Assembly (NCBI GenBank): GCA_039818205.1
Contig: JBCBUK010000030.1
Location: 1-19,554 of the forward strand
Length of the DNA: 19,554 bases
DNA from: Verrucomicrobiota bacterium
GTDB taxonomy: Bacteria; Verrucomicrobiota; Verrucomicrobiia; Opitutales; Cerasicoccaceae
Direction of reading: 5' to 3'
In this document: in pieces, positions 15,703 to 19,554 of the stretch
How the letters are laid out: the number at the start of each line of letters is the position of its first letter
Position numbering within the stretch: the stretch's first letter is position 1
The notes under the pieces: generated by a model
What the model was told of the DNA's origin: nothing
The model's database searches: none
The model's input: only the letters and a program-made list of their open reading frames with translations
Made by a program: the position numbers and the translations under genes

Positions 15703-16986
15703 ATGAACCAATTCGGACCCACACTTGAAGGCCTTATCGCATCCGGAGAAATGACAAAGAAATCACTGGCAGAGAAGGCCGAGATTGATCCCACTACCTT
15801 GACAAGGATATGCCAAGGCAAGTTGGACCCGACCCCCAAGGTCTTGCGTGCACTCTGCGAAAATGTAAATCAAAACCCAGCTGTGAGCGCTTCCTTAGTG
15901 ATTGCCCGAATGGAAGATATCATTGAAAGCTCTGGATTAAGCGCATCTCTGTTTCACGTTTCGCAAGCAAATGAGAATCCAACGAATTTTGACGGCGTCC
16001 CCCCTGCAATCTTAAAAGTTGCATCTCAGCTCGCACAGCTTTCCACCAAAAATGTCGAATTCTTTGAGCTAATGAAAGCAAGCGTGGCCCTTGCGGACAC
16101 GACAGAAGAACCTGACATCGACGATGAAATCGAAGTTGAGGTCAACGAGCCAATCCAAATGACCAAGCCCGAACAATGGCATACGCTTCCCTGCTATGGT
16201 GTAGCTGCCGGCTCTCCAATTTCTGGCGATGAGTTTGATGCTGAGTTCAAATTTGATTACAGCAAAGATCATTTCGCTGTAAAAGTATTCGGCAACAGCA
16301 TGGAACCAATGATTGATGATGGCCAAATCGTGATCGTTCGAACTCTCGAATCTCTTAACAACCCTAACGTCAAAAAAGGCGAAATTTACTGCTTCCAAGT
16401 GAAGGGAGAACGCACACTCAAACGCTACAACACCCGACCCGCAACACAGGAAGAAATTGATACTGGCCTGAGTTACACATCCCCAAGGGGTACTCAGCGC
16501 GTTAAGATATTGGAATCGATCAATCCAGATTACCCTGAAATAGTCCTTCGCGAAGGTGATGAGATGCTTGGATGGTATGACCCTGTAAATCAACCGAACT
16601 CAAATAAAATTGAGTCAAGATCCCAGTCGCCAATGCTTGGTGATCCCCTTCCTGCGCCTAAGGGACCACCATCACCATATGAAGGATGGATTTTACCAGG
16701 CGAATCGATCGAAACATTTAATATTCGTTTTCGGAAAGAATGGGAGAACAAGCATTTTGAACTGGCAAGTGTGATTGCAGTTCATCCGAGTTTCGTAAAA
16801 CGGGAACTCGAATCGAACATGCCTATAAATCAGGAAATGCTGAGAAACCCTAGTCAATGGGCTCGTCATGAAGGGAAAGAGCACATACCTGGATTTGGCC
16901 TGAAACGCTGGACATTGTTTAGAGAGTCAGTGGAATCTGCCGAGAATGAGGCCGAAACAAAAAGCGCTCAAGCACGACGTGCTTAA
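15703..16986 (+). CDS. CI/LexA-like repressor (XRE HTH + S24 autopeptidase) with an extra C-terminal domain
   Basis: HTH MTKKSLAEKAEIDPTTLTRICQGKLDP; Ala-Gly cleavage site VAAGSP; catalytic Ser GNSMEP and Lys TLKR; ESINPDY; then about 130 further residues. Confidence 0.9.
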   Translation: MNQFGPTLEGLIASGEMTKKSLAEKAEIDPTTLTRICQGKLDPTPKVLRALCENVNQNPAVSASLVIARMEDIIESSGLSASLFHVSQANENPTNFDGVPPAILKVASQLAQLSTKNVEFFELMKASVALADTTEEPDIDDEIEVEVNEPIQMTKPEQWHTLPCYGVAAGSPISGDEFDAEFKFDYSKDHFAVKVFGNSMEPMIDDGQIVIVRTLESLNNPNVKKGEIYCFQVKGERTLKRYNTRPATQEEIDTGLSYTSPRGTQRVKILESINPDYPEIVLREGDEMLGWYDPVNQPNSNKIESRSQSPMLGDPLPAPKGPPSPYEGWILPGESIETFNIRFRKEWENKHFELASVIAVHPSFVKRELESNMPINQEMLRNPSQWARHEGKEHIPGFGLKRWTLFRESVESAENEAETKSAQARRA

Positions 16987-17015
16987 ACGCTTGAAAAGAA
17001 TATATTCAATAGTTC

Positions 17016-17189
17016 CTATTTCTTTGGATCCTCTGGCTTGCCTTCATTGTCTGGATTTGGGTCACGCACTTCACAAGGGAATGTTCCCCATCCTGCTGTA
17101 GTTACTGGTCCGAGGCCGGAACCGTTGTCGAATATTCCGGCGTTGTATTTGGCGGTTGCGATTAGGGGTATCAGGTATTTTCTTATCAT
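17016..17189 (-). CDS. Unannotated 57-aa peptide downstream of the sensor kinase
   Basis: Manual translation MIRKYLIPLIATAKYNAGIFDNGSGLGPVTTAGWGTFPCEVRDPNPDNEGKPEDPKK*. The ATG is 13 nt after the kinase stop, behind an A/C-rich leader like those of other genes here, and the ORF fills the kinase-repressor gap. Confidence 0.55.
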   Translation of the reverse strand: MIRKYLIPLIATAKYNAGIFDNGSGLGPVTTAGWGTFPCEVRDPNPDNEGKPEDPKK

Positions 17190-17202
17190 TGTGCTTTGGG
17201 TG

Positions 17203-19149
17203 TTAGATGTTGGTTCTGTTTTCGTTCACCGTCATTTGGTCTGGTGGTGCGAAAGGTATTGTTAACACAAAAACAGCGCCCTGATTCTCGTTTTGCACAT
17301 ATCTAAGTTTGCCTCCCATACTCTCTGCCATTAATCGACTCACGTATAGACCAATTCCTGATCCTCCTTTGGCAAGTCGATAAAACTTCTGGAATATTTT
17401 CTCTTCATAGCCTTCAGGAACTCCAATTCCATTATCTTCAACAGCAATTTGAAGTTCGATTATTCCATCTGCTCTAACATGTGTTTTGGGGACTACACGC
17501 ACTACGGCGCTAGCATGTCCTTCAGTTGAGTGTTTCAGCGCGTTAGCAATCAAATTGAACATTATACGCTCCAACATGGCTTGATCGCCATACAAGCCAG
17601 TGACTTCAACGTTTTCAAATCCTTCGAAATCCCAAGTATAATCTATTTTATTCTCCAAAACTTGGGCTCGAAAACACTCAAGCATACGTGAAGAAAATGG
17701 AATCAAATCAAATATTTCGGGCTCTAAATCAATAGTACCTGCCTCAAGATCATCCAGCTGAAAAGCACCTTGAAAATTTACGTCAATTTTTCTGAAGATC
17801 AATTTCAAGGCAGCTAATGAAGCTTGCGCTTGTAGGCTGATATTTTTGTCTTTTGAGGCCGCTTTGATATGATTGAGGCCAGAGAATACCAAATTCTTAT
17901 ATCCGTGAACAGCGACGCGAAGATTTGCGGTGCCTGCTTTTTGCGCTACCGTAGAAGTTTTCTCGCTTTCAACTACTTTCGATTCCAATCTAGCAACTTC
18001 ATTAGCATGTTGTATTCTTTCTGCTTTCAGCTTTTTGATGATTGGCTGTCTGTATATGTTCATTAATGCGAAAACAATCACTCCCGCAAAGATCACATAT
18101 TGAGTAATCATAATCGGGCTTCGCCAAAAAGGTACACTTGCTGGAACAATTTTTGCCGAATACTGAATTGGATAACTGATTGATCCATTGCTGTTTCGTG
18201 CTTGAAATTCCAATATGTCGCCGTTCGAAATTTCCTTAATTTCTATAACAGGAACATCCGCGAAATTTGACCAACTAGAACCAGATAGCCTCCAGCGATA
18301 GTCGATATTTCCGAATATACCTTCAGGACTAGATAGCGAAAAATTGATCTGAGAGAAAGGTTCCTGAATTCCTTTAGTAATGATTTCACTATCGCTCTTT
18401 ACACTACTAATCACAGGTGAGGCCGCTCGCATCGGATCTTCGAAGTACTTGGCAAGCAGCACATCTTTTCCCGAAATCATTACTTTACCCTCCGAGACAT
18501 TCACAACCAAATCAGTTGGAATATCAAACAATCGAAGGTTTGGTACCAAATACTCTTTCTCCCGAAGCTTACGCCCAAATTTCTCTAGTCGCTTTAGCCT
18601 GTAATGGCCTTCATCACCATCAGGAAATAGAACCCAAAGCGCTGACTCTCCCTCTTTATAAGTAACGATTCGGTAACCATCCTGCCCCAAGTCATCTCCA
18701 AGGTTATCTCGATGATAGAATACATTTTTATCATCATTATACGAAAATATTCCCTCATTGCTAATCACGTATAATTGCCCATCGAGAGTGACAACATGAG
18801 CCCAAGACACCTTATCAGGGCTGCTACCAAATTGATTCCATCTATCGATGTCAATGTACTGCAAATCCTCGGCAGTTGGATCAAGCGTCGAAACACGAAA
18901 CAGACCCCGATCAATTGTTCCTACCCAAATAGTATTCTCATCCTCAATTGCAACGGATGTAGCTTGATTCCAATCGACCGCGAGCGGTTCGCTCAAAATA
19001 ATTGATTCACCTTCTCCAACAATCAACCGAATACTGTTACTGCCAGATACGATTCTGTTACCGCCAAAGAAAGGGAAAATTTTATTCAGAAAATATGTAT
19101 CCACAAGTTTGGTTACATCCTGTTCTCTAAAGAAATATATACCATCCAA
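17203..19149 (-). CDS. Sensor histidine kinase, C-terminal fragment (propeller blades, Y_Y_Y, TM, HisKA-like, HATPase_c)
   Basis: IWVGTIDRGLF blades; DYRWRLSG...FQARNSNG (Y_Y_Y); PFWRS + TM helix; divergent H-box AVHGYKNLV; N-box NLIANALKH; G1 VEDNGIG; F-box IFQKFYR; G2 GSGIGL. Confidence 0.88.
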   Translation of the reverse strand: MDGIYFFREQDVTKLVDTYFLNKIFPFFGGNRIVSGSNSIRLIVGEGESIILSEPLAVDWNQATSVAIEDENTIWVGTIDRGLFRVSTLDPTAEDLQYIDIDRWNQFGSSPDKVSWAHVVTLDGQLYVISNEGIFSYNDDKNVFYHRDNLGDDLGQDGYRIVTYKEGESALWVLFPDGDEGHYRLKRLEKFGRKLREKEYLVPNLRLFDIPTDLVVNVSEGKVMISGKDVLLAKYFEDPMRAASPVISSVKSDSEIITKGIQEPFSQINFSLSSPEGIFGNIDYRWRLSGSSWSNFADVPVIEIKEISNGDILEFQARNSNGSISYPIQYSAKIVPASVPFWRSPIMITQYVIFAGVIVFALMNIYRQPIIKKLKAERIQHANEVARLESKVVESEKTSTVAQKAGTANLRVAVHGYKNLVFSGLNHIKAASKDKNISLQAQASLAALKLIFRKIDVNFQGAFQLDDLEAGTIDLEPEIFDLIPFSSRMLECFRAQVLENKIDYTWDFEGFENVEVTGLYGDQAMLERIMFNLIANALKHSTEGHASAVVRVVPKTHVRADGIIELQIAVEDNGIGVPEGYEEKIFQKFYRLAKGGSGIGLYVSRLMAESMGGKLRYVQNENQGAVFVLTIPFAPPDQMTVNENRTNI

Positions 19150-19196
19150 TCTTAGAACTGTAAAACCGCCATCTTCCGGTATAACCTGAGTCGACG

Positions 19197-19318
19197 GCGT
19201 ATCGACTTAGAGGTGCATCGATTTGATCGATCAGAAGGAATCAAAGATGTGCGAGCGCTAGTGAAGCATAATGATTCCTTCTGATCGATCAAATCGATGC
19301 ACCTCTAAGTCGATACGC
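19197..19318. repeat. Perfect 47-bp inverted repeat with 28-nt spacer interrupting the kinase gene
   Basis: 19197-19243 (GCGTATCGACTTAGAGGTGCATCGATTTGATCGATCAGAAGGAATCA) is the exact reverse complement of 19272-19318. Confidence 0.97.
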
Positions 19319-19554
19319 GCCAATCCTCCAGGGTATGACGCCCACAAATAGCGTCCATCAAAACGACAGCTAAATATAGTTGCTGATGGCACTAGGTTCG
19401 ACCAGTCGAATTCGACCTTTCCATGTTTATTGGCTATTAGAAGGCCTCTCCCCTTTGTCGACAACGCTACCAAACCATTTCCTATATAGGTGGCATCCAT
19501 AATCAAAATATCATCAATTGCACCAAGTCTAGAAAACTGACTATCCGAGATCTC
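19258..19554 (-). pseudogene. Upstream fragment of the same sensor kinase (open to the right edge, truncated in the IR spacer)
   Basis: The frame is open from 19554 (EISDSQFSRLGAIDDILIMDATY...) with propeller-like LVALSTKGRGLLI and YLWASYPGGLARI. It is in the same frame as 17203..19149 (offset 357 nt). Confidence 0.75.

Larger units (their letters stand above)
1..16986. mobile_element. Temperate phage/prophage segment: packaging start, replication/recombination operon, immunity region
   Basis: TerS-like gene, primase, RecT-like, ERCC4 and orphan MTase genes and many short hypothetical ORFs form one co-directional operon divergent from a CI-like repressor. Boundaries extend beyond the window; no integrase is seen. 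Confidence 0.92.

Noticed and set aside
16069..16593. 174-aa antisense ORF in the repressor, and other long antisense ORFs (e.g. 12285-12860, 13113-13613, 2070-2552)
   Set aside because: They lie opposite well-supported genes and show no recognisable motifs.
16987..17015. Bidirectional terminator between the repressor and the peptide ORF
   Set aside because: Only a weak AT-rich palindrome (GAATATATTC; TTGAA..TTCAA) is present, not enough to call a terminator.
17038..17265. Plus-strand 75-aa ORF with a hydrophobic stretch
   Set aside because: TTG start without an RBS, overlapping the kinase 3' end in antisense. The minus-strand 57-aa ORF fits the gene layout better, though this ORF cannot be fully excluded.
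19197..19318. 47-bp IR as an invertible phase-variation switch, MITE or terminator
   Set aside because: Flipping the spacer would not restore the ORF because the duplicated arm carries in-frame TGA and TAA. The arm is a copy of the gene's own coding sequence, with no target duplication, invertase or U-tract.

Overview
The window is the early/replication and immunity region of a temperate tailed phage (prophage or phage contig; no integrase or att site is visible). A long, tightly packed minus-strand operon runs from about 15604 to the left edge, with many ATGA/TAATG overlaps. In transcription order it encodes small early proteins, an Xis-like HTH, a DnaN beta-clamp, a DUF3820-like protein, a RecT/Bet-like annealing protein, a DnaQ-like 3'-5' exonuclease, a putative SSB, an ERCC4 nuclease, a RecD2-like helicase split into two genes, a C5 cytosine methyltransferase encoded in two overlapping frames, and a TOPRIM primase-ATPase. 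These are followed by a GTGT/ACAC-repeat putative origin, a Cas4-like PD-(D/E)XK nuclease, a possible cos region and a lambda Nu1-like terminase small subunit that the ORF track missed. A CI/LexA-type repressor (HTH + S24 peptidase) with an unusual ~130-aa C-terminal extension is transcribed divergently. Converging on the repressor is an AT-richer cassette: a membrane sensor histidine kinase (beta-propeller/Y_Y_Y/TM/kinase) and an unannotated 57-aa peptide ORF. This is the best candidate for an undescribed system (possible phage-borne peptide signalling), but the evidence is circumstantial. The kinase gene is broken by a perfect 47-bp inverted duplication, either a real template-switch mutation or an amplification/assembly chimera. 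All family calls come from motifs read by eye; no searches were run.
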